64,000 nucleotides of DNA from Macrostomum hystrix (Eukaryota > Animalia > Platyhelminthes): positions 5,766,001 through 5,830,000 of the forward strand of contig CATNEN010000005.1 of NCBI GenBank assembly GCA_950097015.1. The letters run 5' to 3'. The position numbers were made by a program, and so were the translations under genes. Under the pieces are notes generated by a model, which made no database searches, had not been told where the DNA came from, and was given only the letters and a program-made list of their open reading frames with translations. Positions 47,745-60,224 of the stretch are shown here, in pieces; the first letter of the stretch is position 1; each line of letters opens with the position of its first letter.

Positions 47745-49154
47745 TCATAATCTACAGTCCAGGCTATATTGCAACACGGAGTGCCATATCTTGTGCCAGT
47801 GTACGTCAATGACTGTGCTACCCTCTGAGATCAGGAAAATATGGTCCACGATCGACTCAGAGGCGAGGCTGGGAATCAAAGTTGTGAATCCGTGACCCCT
47901 TCTGAACTTACTTGCTGGAACACCCACCGAAGCGGCCAAGGTCCCTGTGACGTGAACATCGTCAATCCAAAAGAATTGTTTAAAAAATGAGCACAAGTAC
48001 ATGTCCGGGATGCTTATGGCGTGCAAAATGTATGCGAATCCTTCGCAGTATGTGGGATAAAACGTGCCTGAGAATTCCTGCCAGGACACTATCCACTTTG
48101 ACTTAGAACCCTTGGATGGTCGAAAAGGCTTCGAGCGCTGTGTTGCTGAGCAGTACAGTCCTGCAGGATTCACCCTGCTCAGGAATGTGGCCAGATGAGC
48201 CACGTCCGTGAACGTGTCGTCGTCGACCTTGACGAGGTACCGCGCCGACCGGCAGTGCCTCAGGAGCCACTCGTACACACCCAGGTGCTTGATGGTCAAG
48301 TTCCTGTAGTTCTCGGTGAAGCCCAGCTGCACAATGTCTCCGAAGCGGTCGCTCTCTGCTCCGATCCGAGCCCGCAGCTGAGCTCCAGTCGCTCCGGACT
48401 CGTCCGAGTCTCCCGACGCTGGCAGGCCGAGGAAGAACGCCACCTCGATGCGGAACTGGCCGATGTACCGGAGCGAGCCCCACGTCCTACGGATGGTCGC
48501 TCGTCGGGCGAGGTTCTTCGCGTTGCTGTGCACCGCTACCAAGGCCAGCAGCTCGCCAGAGCACAGGTGCTCAGCGCTGCGCACAAAGTCGTAAGACTGC
48601 ACGTAGCGCAGCGTCGGTGTCTGGCCTCCGCACTTGCTCGCCGCGACTCCCAACTGCTCCTCCGTGACTGCCGATCCCAGCCACTTCAGCTTGGACCGCA
48701 TCTGAGCGTACAAGCTGGGGCTGCTCGCTGCCTGGATTCGCTCCATCAGAGTTCTCGGTTTCGGCCCAGGTGAATCCTTTGCTGGTTTCAGTTTCGTTAC
48801 ATCTTCAAGTGGATTTTCTATGACAAAATCATTCGCTTGCACAAATTGTTTCTTTTCTTTGATGCGAATTTCAATCTTCGTTGATATCGGATTTTCTAAA
48901 GTCTTGTTTCTCATATAAGTGACTTTTGTTGAAGCTGTCGGATGAGTGGGTTTCGTGTCCCGTCCGGTTGCGGTCGGTGTTTGACGGCCACCTGCAGTTT
49001 GTCGAACAGCGACTGTCAGGAGCAGAAGCGCCAGCAGAAGCAGCACCCAGCAGCACTGCTTGAAGCAAATCTGCAGCATCCTGACCCAGAAGATTAGGAC
49101 TCGCGTTGTTTTGCTCGCAAATAGTTGTCTTGTCTTCCGACTACATGTATTCAT
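47745..49154 (-). CDS. Beta-1,3-galactosyltransferase (GT31, B3GALT/brainiac-like), paralog 1, intronless type II membrane protein
   Basis: An N-terminal TM segment (WVLLLLALLLLTVAV), then VAVHS...RRATIRRTWG, FGDIVQLGFTENYRNLTIK, YLVKVDDDTF, YPTYCEGFAY and WIDDVHVTG. The true start may be the second Met (MLQICFK). Confidence 0.92.
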   Translation of the reverse strand: MNTCSRKTRQLFASKTTRVLIFWVRMLQICFKQCCWVLLLLALLLLTVAVRQTAGGRQTPTATGRDTKPTHPTASTKVTYMRNKTLENPISTKIEIRIKEKKQFVQANDFVIENPLEDVTKLKPAKDSPGPKPRTLMERIQAASSPSLYAQMRSKLKWLGSAVTEEQLGVAASKCGGQTPTLRYVQSYDFVRSAEHLCSGELLALVAVHSNAKNLARRATIRRTWGSLRYIGQFRIEVAFFLGLPASGDSDESGATGAQLRARIGAESDRFGDIVQLGFTENYRNLTIKHLGVYEWLLRHCRSARYLVKVDDDTFTDVAHLATFLSRVNPAGLYCSATQRSKPFRPSKGSKSKWIVSWQEFSGTFYPTYCEGFAYILHAISIPDMYLCSFFKQFFWIDDVHVTGTLAASVGVPASKFRRGHGFTTLIPSLASESIVDHIFLISEGSTVIDVHWHKIWHSVLQYSLDCRL

Positions 49155-50586
49155 GAAGCACTGCGAAGAGGTGTGCTCAGACTTTAAAAAACTCGACTTT
49201 TATGAGTCAGAGCAATTTATGAAAAATTCATTGCGCTAGAAGCTGATTGTACGACTATAAAAGATTCTCAGAGTACAGTGTCCCCAGCCTATCTAGATCA
49301 GCAGTTTTGACACTACATTGTGCATTGCCTATTGTGCTGTTTTACCACCCACTCACTGTATTTGTTCATAGCATATGAATTCTAAGGCATTTACGGTTAA
49401 TGCTAGACTGGAAAAACTGAAGGAAATTTCGAGTAGACTAGAAACATGTGCGATGTTATTCTTTTTCAAAGGTGTCACTGGTGGTGAAACTTGTCAACAG
49501 TTAAAGTTAGAAACGGAGGCTGAAATAATAATTGGTTGAATATATTGTATCACATCTATGCCCCGTTTGCAAACAGCTAGTTCTGTGTAGATCTCAGAGC
49601 CGCAAAGCAAAAAAATAATTATAAATGCTTTTGTCAACAGATATGGCACTCGCATTTGCTTTCTAGTTTTCAGTAGTATAATTTGCATTTTTTCGTCTTT
49701 TTATAGCAAAGAGCATTCAGATATGTTCGTGTACAGGAGGAAAACGGAAGGGTAGGATGTGACAATGGAACAGCAGACAAAAGAAAAGCAGTGTAGCATG
49801 TACTTAACAAGATAATCACACAGAAAAACTGCATTCTGGATTATTTTAAAGTGCACCGGATGTCGCAGTAGTGAATTGTACAGACCAATCTGAAACAACT
49901 ACAAATTACGCATATAATCATAATTATATAATCATAAAAGCATACAAAGCATCAAATTTAGAAAACACTTCAAAAAAGGTTTAGTACTGAAATTCTCGTC
50001 TCTAGATAGGCAAATACTTTATTAGATCAAAGCGACATCGAACACATTTGGGCCAGATGTACAGTCAATGGTACAGCGGCACCTATTCTACCCCATCTGA
50101 TGCTGAAAGCCTGTTACACAGCCATGTGAGATGAAGAACATGGGAATCAGCTTAACAGTAGAACAACCATGAAGGGAGGGGCATTCCCCCTGACAATTTT
50201 CGTGCTGCACCCGAACGGAGCAAAGCAAGCACACGAAACTCAAGAACACGGGCCAACTCTTTGTTGCGCATCTTCTGAAACAATAAACAAGTCGCCAGCT
50301 CTTCAGACCGTCAAGATATTCAAATGGTTCTGGCCGTAGGTCGGATTTTCCCCATAAGCGCTAGTGTATTTCCTACACCCCGATACACGAATTCGCACTG
50401 CGCCTCAGTGCGGCCTTGCCAGGTCTTCAAACTTTATAAGCATGTCACCCGAATGTGCCTGCAACATCTCCGTCTTCGGTGGTCACCTACCTTTATCTAG
50501 ACGGATTTGCTGGACCTTCAAGGGCTACAAAAGGTGTAAATAGGCCCCTATGGACAACCTGACGCGAATTTCTCCAATTTCACTGC

Positions 50587-50800
50587 TCAAGCCAAAGTAT
50601 TAGGCGCAGCTCAACCACAGTACATGATCGTCTAGTCTGTCAACCTATCAGTCACCACCCAACGCTGTTAGCATTCAGGCGATGCCAAAAAAATTTACTG
50701 GGGAGACCCCTTGGTATAAGTACGGGTGGCCTTGTCGTGCAATTATACGCACACGAGGGCTCAACTCCCAAAGCACAGCCAAAGGACGAGAAAGTCAATA
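50587..50800 (+). repeat. Interspersed repeat family C, copy 2 (3' part resembles the SINE A middle section)
   Basis: Matches 14962-15110, then continues ttgtcgtgcaattatacgcacacgagggctcaactcccaaagcacag, similar to SINE A ttgtcgtgcaatttacgcccttgagggccaacctccaaggcacag. Confidence 0.7.
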
Positions 50801-50942
50801 CAGTCGCATAATGCAAGTGTTATTAAAGTTTCCAAATATTAAATATGACCAGAGCAATTTTCTTCAAAAAATCAACATGCTTTCATGACGTTTCAATAGA
50901 GGCATATCAGGAAGCGCATTTTTATAGTGTTTATACTGTCGA

Positions 50943-52313
50943 TCACAGGTTCAAATCTAAACTATAGTGCAGCACCGAAAGCCACAGTTTTCGCCACAAG
51001 ACATCAAAGAAGTCGCCGCTTCGTTCGGTCAGAAAAATGAAGTCCGTGATGGACTCAGAGGCGAGGCTGGGAAGCAGAATTGCAAATCCGTGACCATTGC
51101 GGAATCGAGACACTGGAACACTCATCGAAGTGGCCAGGGTGCCTGTGACGTGAACGTCGTCGATCCAGAAGAATTTCGTGAACAGTGAGCACAGGAACAA
51201 GTCGGCAATGTGATTGGTGGAGACTACATATGCGAATCCTTCACAATAGGTTGGATAAATGCTTTGGGAATATTCTTGCATTGTGACTACCCACTTGACA
51301 TTTTCACCAAGAGGAACTCTATAGGGCCTCGAGCCTTGTGTTGCCGTGCAGTACAGTCCTGTAGGACTCACTAGGCTAAGGTAGGTGGCCAGGTGAGCCA
51401 CGTCCGTGAACGTGTCGTCGTCGACCTTGACGAGGTACCGCGCCGACCGGCAGTGCCTCAGGAGCCACTCGTACACACCCAGGTGCTTGATGGTCAAGTT
51501 CCTGTAGTTCTCGGTGAAGCCCAGCTGCACAATGTCTCCGAAGCGGTCGCTCTCTGCTCCGATCCGAGCCCGCAGCTGAGCTCCAGTCGCTCCGGACTCG
51601 TCCGAGTCTCCCGACGCTGGCAGGCCGAGGAAGAACGCCACCTCGATGCGGAACTGGCCGATGTACCGGAGCGAGCCCCACGTCCTGCGGATGGTCGCTC
51701 GTCGGGCGAGGTTCTTCGCGTTGCTGTGCACCGCTACCAAGGCCAGCAGCTCGCCAGAGCACAGGTGCTCAGCGCTGCGCATAAAGTCGTAAGACTGCAC
51801 GTAGCGCAGCGTCGGTGTCTGGCCTCCGCACTTGCCCGCCGCGACTCCCAACTGCTCCTCCGTGACTGCCGATCCCAGCCACTTCAGCTTGGACCGCATC
51901 TGAGCGTACAGGCTGGGGCTGCTCGCTGCCTGGATTCGCTCCATCAGAGTTGTCGGTCGCGAAGTTGTTTTCGGGCCTGATTTTTGCGAAGTTGTTCTTG
52001 GCTCTGATTTTGAAGTCTCTCCAGCAGACTTTGTGCTTCTATCATCTTGAAGCGGACTTTCGAGCACAAAGTCACTGGGTGCTACCTCTTCGCGCTCGAT
52101 TCTCGAATCGATGACAGCTTTGATAGAATTCTGATTCAATGTATTCGTAGCGGGGCTTTTCATTTCCTGCTCATTCTGTTGATTCTGAGCTGTTCTCGAG
52201 TCATTGAGCCGGACACTGAGTGACAGAATCAGTAGAACAAGAAGAAATGAGCATCGATGGAAGCCAATTGGGACGGTCATTTGCAGCAATTCTTGCAGGC
52301 TAGGCCAGATCAA
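50943..52313 (-). CDS. Beta-1,3-galactosyltransferase (GT31), paralog 2, intronless
   Basis: Same motif set as paralog 1; TM segment FLLVLLILSLSV. Confidence 0.92.
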   Translation of the reverse strand: MIWPSLQELLQMTVPIGFHRCSFLLVLLILSLSVRLNDSRTAQNQQNEQEMKSPATNTLNQNSIKAVIDSRIEREEVAPSDFVLESPLQDDRSTKSAGETSKSEPRTTSQKSGPKTTSRPTTLMERIQAASSPSLYAQMRSKLKWLGSAVTEEQLGVAAGKCGGQTPTLRYVQSYDFMRSAEHLCSGELLALVAVHSNAKNLARRATIRRTWGSLRYIGQFRIEVAFFLGLPASGDSDESGATGAQLRARIGAESDRFGDIVQLGFTENYRNLTIKHLGVYEWLLRHCRSARYLVKVDDDTFTDVAHLATYLSLVSPTGLYCTATQGSRPYRVPLGENVKWVVTMQEYSQSIYPTYCEGFAYVVSTNHIADLFLCSLFTKFFWIDDVHVTGTLATSMSVPVSRFRNGHGFAILLPSLASESITDFIFLTERSGDFFDVLWRKLWLSVLHYSLDLNL

Positions 52314-53540
52314 ATTTTGGTTTAGTGAGACCTAATTGAGCAGTTTGTTCATCTTATAAGCACCGAAAACTGTGTGCTCTAAGCCTATATACTTCCTGGC
52401 CTTCTCTGGCAGCATTGTTCGTGCAGGCACATAATTGTTTGCCAGCATAGTTCTTGTCTTTCTTCTCTTGTTTGGCCAAGTTCACAACACAATTGGCGAC
52501 CGAGTGGCAAAGAGTTTAATAGAATACAACCAGATTTCTTAATTGTGCATCTTCTCTTGCTCATGTACTGCTTTGGATTGAGAATTAGTAAGCAAATAAT
52601 GAATGTTTCCATAAGCCTGAGATGTGCGGTGAGATAGAATCTATGAGAGACAATTTCCGCATTGCTTTAAAGACACTCTTTACGGTTCGCCTAGTCCTGT
52701 TTTAATATTAGCTAATTTCGTATACAAACTGGCAAAAGTTTCTATACAAGTTGATAAATTGCTATGATTAGCAATTTAGACTTTCCCACGATGGCATCTC
52801 GAACGAAAATTGAGCAGGAAAAACTAAACTACGAGTATGAGCAATATAAAAATATCTTTATCAATTTTGTCAGGGAATATTTGGTCCGACGTTTCGTCTA
52901 AAAAATTTTTTTATTTACTTGAAGTTTCTGACAATGAAGACATGGACACAGTTTTTTTATTTCACTGATGAAATGCCATATTATTGCAATAGCTTCATAC
53001 CATCTATCTATACGTGAAAAATCCTGTGCATGAATACAAAAAATACAACGATAAGAATGCTACGGATAGTACTTATAGTACTTATGTTGCAAAACTATTC
53101 TTCTTAACATATATTAGCAAACTAAAAATTGAGAAAACATAATTAGTTTTCTTTGAAAGGCCGTTGCCAAATCCTACAATTATACTATGATTATTGTTAT
53201 TGAAATGCGCACTTGAAATAGAAAAATTGAGTGCTGATTTTTGTTTATTTGATTTTGGTAACAAGGCTGAACAATTCGTTAAAAAAAGGCGATAGAAAAT
53301 GAGTAGCATGCATAGGATTAATTTTAGGTGAATAAAATTTGTGAAATTTGAAAACAAAAGCATTAAAACAAAAAATGAAATATTGAAATTAAAAGTGGAA
53401 ATTCAAACAGAGACTGAAATCACTTCGCTCCCGAAAGGAGAATAGCTATTGTGTTTTTGCAAGTTACGATCAAAAATAAGAAAACTAAAACTCAACCTAT
53501 AATCAAGCATTTTAACTATGGGTCTCAGGGCAGTGGCTTT

Positions 53541-53995
53541 TTATCTAGCTTTAAGTATGCTTTCTATGAAGTCCACAAAACTTTCTGTTAAGTCTGTGCT
53601 TTCCTGTGTCATTAAATACAAAATTTGTTCATCAGCTGTTAGGCTTTCGAAATTTCGAACAGTACCTGCCACTTTCTCTATGAATTTATTTCTAATTGGA
53701 ACAGGAACGGACCAATCGCATCTAAAGAGAATATGAGTTTCGCTCTCTACCTCGACTCTACATTTTGAACATGCTCTGTTTTCATAGGCGATTTTCGGTC
53801 TTACAGTGCGCAATGTCTCACAGGCCAGTTTGTGGTTTCCTAGACGAAATCGGGACATTATGCGCCTTTGTTCTGGGTTAGAGATTATTGTTAGGTACTT
53901 TTCTCTGGAGAATTCTTTCTTAAACATGTAATAGAAGTGGCTGGGCTTGGCTGATTTTCCCATCCTCTGAGTCCAGTGCCTTCGGAACTCTGACT
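53541..53995 (-). mobile_element. 3' fragment of a non-LTR retrotransposon ORF2 (C-terminal Cys/His region), 5'-truncated
   Basis: RRIMSRFRLGNHKLACETLRTVRPKIAYENRACSKCRVEVESETHILFRC is the R-x-S-x-H-x-L-x-x-E...C-x2-C...E-x-E-x-H-x4-C pattern typical of LINE ORF2 C-termini. There is no RT domain in the window. Confidence 0.75.
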
Positions 53996-55071
53996 CAAAG
54001 TTCTCCCTGTGCGTTTTGGTGGAATTTGTTTTTCTAGTCTTTGTGTTCTGTATCTGCCACCAATTTCGCGATTGTCGCGACTTTCGTCTCTGCCTTCTGT
54101 CCTCTATTCACTCTTTCGTTCTCTGCACTTTTCTTGTTTACATCGTCCAGTTCAATCTAGTTCTTTCTTCCTCGTTATCTCTGCGGCTGATCTCTCATTC
54201 TCTATCCTTTCTTTCTTTCCTCTCTTCTGATTGGTCCGCCGCTCACGTTCTAGCCTCCTCTCATACCCTCAGTCGCGCACTCTTGTTATCGTACCGCCAA
54301 CCTCCTCCAGTCTGTCCAACTTAACCATGTTTAAATATATAGTCCAGGGCACAACGCCCTCTCACACTTACTTCACTTGACTTCGCTACTCTCCATAAGC
54401 TACCTGCAGGCCAGCTTGACAATTCAGCCGGTCTCTCTCAGTTTGCTTAACAGCGATGATAGAGTCTGGTCGGCTCCGAACTGAGGACCAGTATTGAAGG
54501 CCTCTTTTTTTGAATACTATATAATAGTGGTAGTCTTCCTAATTCTGACCGAGCACCAATTGCTGGCAGTGTTTGGACTAACTTGCAGAATCGACTTGCA
54601 CATTCTAAAATTAATTCTCTCTATAAGGTTCCGATCCCGTGTACCCAGTTTCCTGTACCATAAATGTTATATGAAGCGCTGATTCATTGCTGCTGATTTC
54701 TTTACGAGAAGAATAGGATAGCCATTTTTCATTAATTTCTGTGCCATGGTCCATATCCTAATTGAATTCGGTGTTATTGTGCATAGTGGCACCGCATCGC
54801 GCCTGCTGCATTCAACTGCGTAATTTGTTGGTTAAATTCGCAGGTGTGGTTAAAAGCCACTTCATTTTCGGGTCTAGCTGCGCCAGCTAAACACACGCTT
54901 ATCGAGTAGCAGCGAAAGAGAGAGCAGACGGCCAAAAAGCATTGGCAGCCAATAGCAGTTCTTAGCCAATAATAGCAATAATATTTAGCAAGTAGAAGCC
55001 TATATAAGTGCCAACAGCAATTAACGGATTTGGCAATCAAAGCAAGCAAATAATTAAAAAGGCTTATCTGA

Positions 55072-56568
55072 ATGCCTTTCCTCATAGCCGATATTGTCAG
55101 ACACACAGTCGTGGAGCGCCACCTGCAGCACAGGGTTCAAATGCCGCAACTGAGCATGAGAAGATGGACCTGGCTGCTGCTGCTGCTGCTGTACCTGGCG
55201 CTCACAGTGCAACTGTCAGTTGGAGGTAGGCAGATCCGTCACGCGACTGTTGCCAACACGCAGCAGACTGCGGTATCAGAAGATCAAGTTCAACAGAAGA
55301 AGCCAGTCCCGGCAAGCAGCAAATCCAGAAGTGCTGATCCTTTACTTTTCGGAGGGGTCGAGGAAGCAGCGACTGCTACTCAAAGACCTACTCAAAGACC
55401 TACTCAAAGACCTACTCAAAGACCTACGATTCCGGAAACAATAATGTCAAAAGAGAAAAAGTCTAAAGCACCGACGAAAACAAACTCCCTGGCAAAACCG
55501 AAAAAGCACCAAAAAACATCAGCAGCTGAGAGGATGCCTACGACTATAGCCAACCCGAGAACTCTGATGGAGCGAATCCAGGCAGCGAGCAGCCCCAGCT
55601 TGTACGCTCAGATGCGGTCCAAGCTGAAGTGGCTGGGATCGGCAGTCACCGAGGAGCAGTTGGGAGTCGCGGCGAGCAAGTGCGGAGGCCAGACACCGAC
55701 GCTGCGCTACGTGCAGTCTTACGACTTTGTGCGCAGCGCTGAGCACTTGTGCTCTGGCGAGCTGCTGGCCTTGGTAGCGGTGCACAGCAACGCGAAGAAC
55801 CTCGCCCGACGAGCGACCATCCGTAGGACGTGGGGCTCGCTCCGGTACATCGGCCAGTTCCGCATCGAGGTGGCGTTCTTCCTCGGCCTGCCAGCGTCGG
55901 GAGACTCGGACGAGTCCGGAGCGACTGGAGCTCAGCTGCGGGCTCGGATCGGAGCAGAGAGCGACCGCTTCGGAGACATTGTGCAGCTGGGCTTCACCGA
56001 GAACTACAGGAACTTGACCATCAAGCACCTGGGTGTGTACGAGTGGCTCCTGAGGCACTGCCGGTCGGCGCGGTACCTCGTCAAGGTCGACGACGACACG
56101 TTCACGGACGTGGCTCATCTGGCCACATTCCTGAGCAGGGGTGCTCCATCAGGATTCTTTTGCTCAGCTACGATAGGAGCGAAGCCCCAGAGAGTTCGCA
56201 GAGGCTACAATGCGAAATGGATGGTTAGCCAAGCCGAATTTGCAGACAAGTTCTACCCGACCTACTGCGAAGGATTCGGCTACACTGTGCACACAAAGCA
56301 CGTAGCCAATATTTATCTTTGCTCGTTGTTCAAGAAGTTCTTCTGGATCGACGACGTTCATGTGACGGGCATCCTGACCAAGTCGACGGGTGTTCCAGTT
56401 ACCAGGTTCTGGAGAGGTCACGGCTATACTGTTCTGGTGCCTAGCTTGGCTTCCGAAGCCATCACGGACTACATGTTCCTGACTGCTTTCAACAGCGAAT
56501 TCTTTGCGGGTCTCTGGACCAAGCTGTGGCATGCAGTGCTTCGCTACAGTCTAGACACTGCACTGTAG
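55072..56568 (+). CDS. Beta-1,3-galactosyltransferase (GT31), paralog 3, inverted relative to 1 and 2; probable start MPQLSMRRW at 55141
   Basis: Same GT31 motifs; TM segment WTWLLLLLLYLALTV; TQRP x4 repeats in the stem (12-bp unit ctactcaaagac, ~55375-55425). Confidence 0.92.
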   Translation: MPFLIADIVRHTVVERHLQHRVQMPQLSMRRWTWLLLLLLYLALTVQLSVGGRQIRHATVANTQQTAVSEDQVQQKKPVPASSKSRSADPLLFGGVEEAATATQRPTQRPTQRPTQRPTIPETIMSKEKKSKAPTKTNSLAKPKKHQKTSAAERMPTTIANPRTLMERIQAASSPSLYAQMRSKLKWLGSAVTEEQLGVAASKCGGQTPTLRYVQSYDFVRSAEHLCSGELLALVAVHSNAKNLARRATIRRTWGSLRYIGQFRIEVAFFLGLPASGDSDESGATGAQLRARIGAESDRFGDIVQLGFTENYRNLTIKHLGVYEWLLRHCRSARYLVKVDDDTFTDVAHLATFLSRGAPSGFFCSATIGAKPQRVRRGYNAKWMVSQAEFADKFYPTYCEGFGYTVHTKHVANIYLCSLFKKFFWIDDVHVTGILTKSTGVPVTRFWRGHGYTVLVPSLASEAITDYMFLTAFNSEFFAGLWTKLWHAVLRYSLDTAL

Positions 56569-58425
56569 CGACTGACATTCTAAGGACTGTAGCGACTGAC
56601 ATTCTAAGGACTGTAGCGACTGACATTCTAAGGACTGTAGCGACTGACATTCTAAGGACTGTAGCGACTGACATTCTAAGGACTGTAGCGACTGACATTC
56701 TAAGGACTGTAGCGACTGACATTCTAAGGACTGTAGCGACTGACATTCTAAGGACTGTAGCGACTGACATTCTAAGGACTGTAGCGACTGACATTCTAAG
56801 GACTGTAGCGACTGACATTCTAAGGACTGTAGCGACTGACATTCTAAGGTCTGTAGCGACTGACATTCTAAGGTCTGTAGCGACTGACATTCTAAGGACT
56901 GTAGCGACTGACTTTCTAAGGACTGTAGCGACTGACGTTCTAAGGACTGTAGCGACTGACATTCTAAGGTCTGTAGCGACTGACATTCTAAGGACTGACA
57001 TAGCGACTGACATTCTAAGGACTGTAGCGACTGACATTCTAAGGACTGTAGCGACTGACATTCTAAGGACTGTAGCGACTGACATTCTAAGGACTGTAGC
57101 GACTGACATTCTAAGGACTGTAGCGACTGACATTCTAAGGACTGTAGCGACTGACATTCTAAGGTCTGTAGCGACTGACATTCTAAGGACTGTAGCGACT
57201 GACATTCTAAGGTCTGTAGCGACTGACATTCTAAGGACTGTAGCGACTGACATTCTAAGGACTGTAGCGACTGACATTCTAAGGTCTGTAGCGACTGACA
57301 TTCTAAGGACTGTAGCGACTGACATTCTAAGGACTGTAGCGACTGACATTCTAAGGACTGTAGCGACTGACATTCTAAGGTCTGTAGCGACTGACATTCT
57401 AAGGACTGTAGCGACTGACATTCTAAGGACTGTAGCGACTGACATTCTAAGGTCTGTAGCGACTGACATTCTAAGGACTGTAGCGACTGACATTCTAAGG
57501 ACTGTAGCGACTGACATTCTAAGGACTGTAGCGACTGACATTCTAAGGACTGTAGCGACTGACATTCTAAGGACTGTAGCGACTGACATTCTAAGGACTG
57601 TAGCGACTGACATTCTAAGGACTGTAGCGACTGACATTCTAAGGTCTGTAGCGACTGACATTCTAAGGACTGTAGCGACTGACATTCTAAGGACTGTAGC
57701 GACTGACATTCTAAGGACTGTAGCGACTGACATTCTAAGGTCTGTAGCGACTGACATTCTAAGGACTGTAGCGACTGACATTCTAAGGACTGTAGCGACT
57801 GACATTCTAAGGACTGTAGCGACTGACATTCTAAGGACTGTAGCGACTGACATTCTAAGGTCTGTAGCGACTGACATTCTAAGGACTGTAGCGACTGACA
57901 TTCTAAGGACTGTAGCGACTGACATTCTAAGGACTGTAGCGACTGACATTCTAAGGTCTGTAGCGACTGACATTCTAAGGTCTGTAGCGACTGACATTCT
58001 AAGGACTGTAGCGACTGACATTCTAAGGACTGTAGCGACTGACATTCTAAGGACTGTAGCGACTGACATTCTAAGGTCTGTAGCGACTGACATTCTAAGG
58101 TCTGTAGCGACTGACATTCTAAGGTCTGTAGCGACTGACATTCTAAGGACTGTAGCGACTGACTTTCTAAGGACTGTAGCGACTGACATTCTAAGGACTG
58201 TAGCGACTGACATTCTAAGGACTGTAGCGACTGACTTTCTAAGGACTGTAGCGACTGACATTCTAAGGACTGTAGCGACTGACATTCTAAGGACTGTAGC
58301 GACTGACATTCTAAGGACTGTAGCGACTGACATTCTAAGGTCTGTAGCGACTGACATTCTAAGGTCTGTAGCGACTGACTTTCTAAGGACTGTAGCGACT
58401 GACATTCTAAGGTCTGTAGCGACTA
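56563..58425 (+). repeat. Highly homogeneous minisatellite, 24-bp unit gtagcgactgacattctaaggact (~77 copies)
   Basis: Tandem copies differ mainly at a single a/t position; the array begins at the paralog 3 stop codon. Confidence 0.98.
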
Positions 58426-58984
58426 TTCTTTCAACTGCTCTAGCGAAGGCAGTCTAGTTATGCTAACTTTTTAGTATTAACGTAGTTTTCAAATCAAATC
58501 AACGTAGACTGCATCAACTGAAAATGAGTTGTAATAATTAAGTCAATTAGAACAACAGCCGTGTTACGTAGAGCTTAGTCGGTTCTGAAAATAGCATTTG
58601 AAACAAACTTGTTAAAAATGTGCTTGCGTGTATTTGTCGTTCTTTCTAAAATTAGCATAGAAAGTGTACATGACGAGAAAATTTATGGAAATTGAATCGA
58701 AGTTTCGATAACTGTCATAATAACTTGTACCAATTTTAAATGCTTCTGCCGTATTGCTTGATTATTTGGTAATAAATGGATACGTGGACGAATTTATGGA
58801 TTTAAGTAAGAAGTGCCAATTTTTGCTTTTAAAAGCTTATTAAGCTATTTTTTAATTTGTTCTTTTTTAAACAAAAAAGTCTTCAGTGAGGAAATGGAAA
58901 AATTCTTGATAAGATAAAAATGTGAAGAGCAACCATTAAAAGCGTTAAAACGTGCTTAGGCACAGAGGCTGCACTCATTTGGGT

Positions 58985-59280
58985 CGCAGACGCGATATGG
59001 TCGGTTAATCGTGCCGTTTACGCCCTTGCGGGGCCAAACTCCAAAGCTCAGTGAGAGAGTAGACTGTCGGACGATGATGTACACACCTGTCAGGGCAGAC
59101 AGGTGCAGATTTACACACCTGTGTGAGTGATTGCCCGTGTACTGAACATGGTGTGTGTGTAGGCGTGCTCAGGAGTCAACGGAACGGGCAGAATTGCCTC
59201 CTCGCTGGCTACAGGTCGACTGTCACCAAACGAAGTGCCATTGCCCAGAAAGCCTTCCAGTGCAAATAATTTTATTATTA
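58985..59280 (+). mobile_element. SINE family A, copy 7 (diverged)
   Basis: tttacgcccttgcggggccaaactccaaagctcagtgagagag...gcagaattgcctcctcgctggctac...tgccattgccc, followed by an att tail. Confidence 0.8.
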
Positions 59281-60224
59281 GCATTTTGTAAGTACGAGCG
59301 AAGATGTCAGCCTCGCGACACAGCCGACGGTATCAGTGACTCTGACAGTGATTAGGAGTGATCGCTTGAAACTGAAATCCAAAAATCGTATTTGTTGTTT
59401 TTGATGTTTAATGCAAAATTCATTACAACTTTTGATCAGTTTATCCGATTGCGCTGAAATTTTAGGACATAATAAAAATAATCTTATTGCAATTGCATAT
59501 CAAATTTCAAGTGATTTGGCCATTTCAACTCAAAATGGTGACGTCAGTCCGGAAACTTTTGAAACACCCCTCGTATTTTGTGAGTTTCCTTGTCGGTTTC
59601 AGCTCACGTTTTCCCATTTGAGAATTATAATAGACCGGCTATTTATAGCTCTAGAAAGACAAGACAGGATTCAATTTGAAAGTACTATTACCGATTCAAT
59701 TTAAAATTATTTGGCAATGGCACTAAGCGTTAAATACTTGTACGTCGTACGTAATATTTCTACTCGTAATTCTAGAATATGTGGTCTAATTTTAGCATAG
59801 AGTCTGTGACCGCTATTTATATGGTCAATAGGCCAATAAACACTCAAGCTGCTATTTACTATGCGAACTGAGAGCAGAAGGAACTGCAGGTTTACAACAC
59901 ATCGACCCGTATGCTGGCTGAAGAGAACGAGAAAACGGTGCATTTATGTAATTGTCGTCAATAAATAGAGCCTCGTTGCCAGCTTGTATCTCTATAGCAT
60001 AGGCGAATCCCTAACAGTGAAATGCTTTGAATTCCTTTCAAAGGCAGATAATAATTAAGCAAGTGTTTACTGGCACCGATCTGTTTACATTTTCTGTTGC
60101 TTGAAAACAGACAAGTTATAAACAGAAATATGACTCAGAATGCAGCCGCTTATCATGCTAATGCTTAATAATTAACAAACTGAAAGGCTGTTCTAAGTAA
60201 AATTCTACTTGTGAAATTCCTTTC

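Noticed and set aside
48103-56532. Antisense and alternative-frame ORFs over the galactosyltransferases (126-199 aa, repeated three times)
   Set aside because: They are shadows of the GC-rich shared core and recur only because that core is duplicated.
56489-58457. 638-aa and 643-aa ORFs on both strands
   Set aside because: These are translations of the 24-bp minisatellite (the unit is a multiple of 3 and lacks stops in those frames); there is no evidence of coding function.
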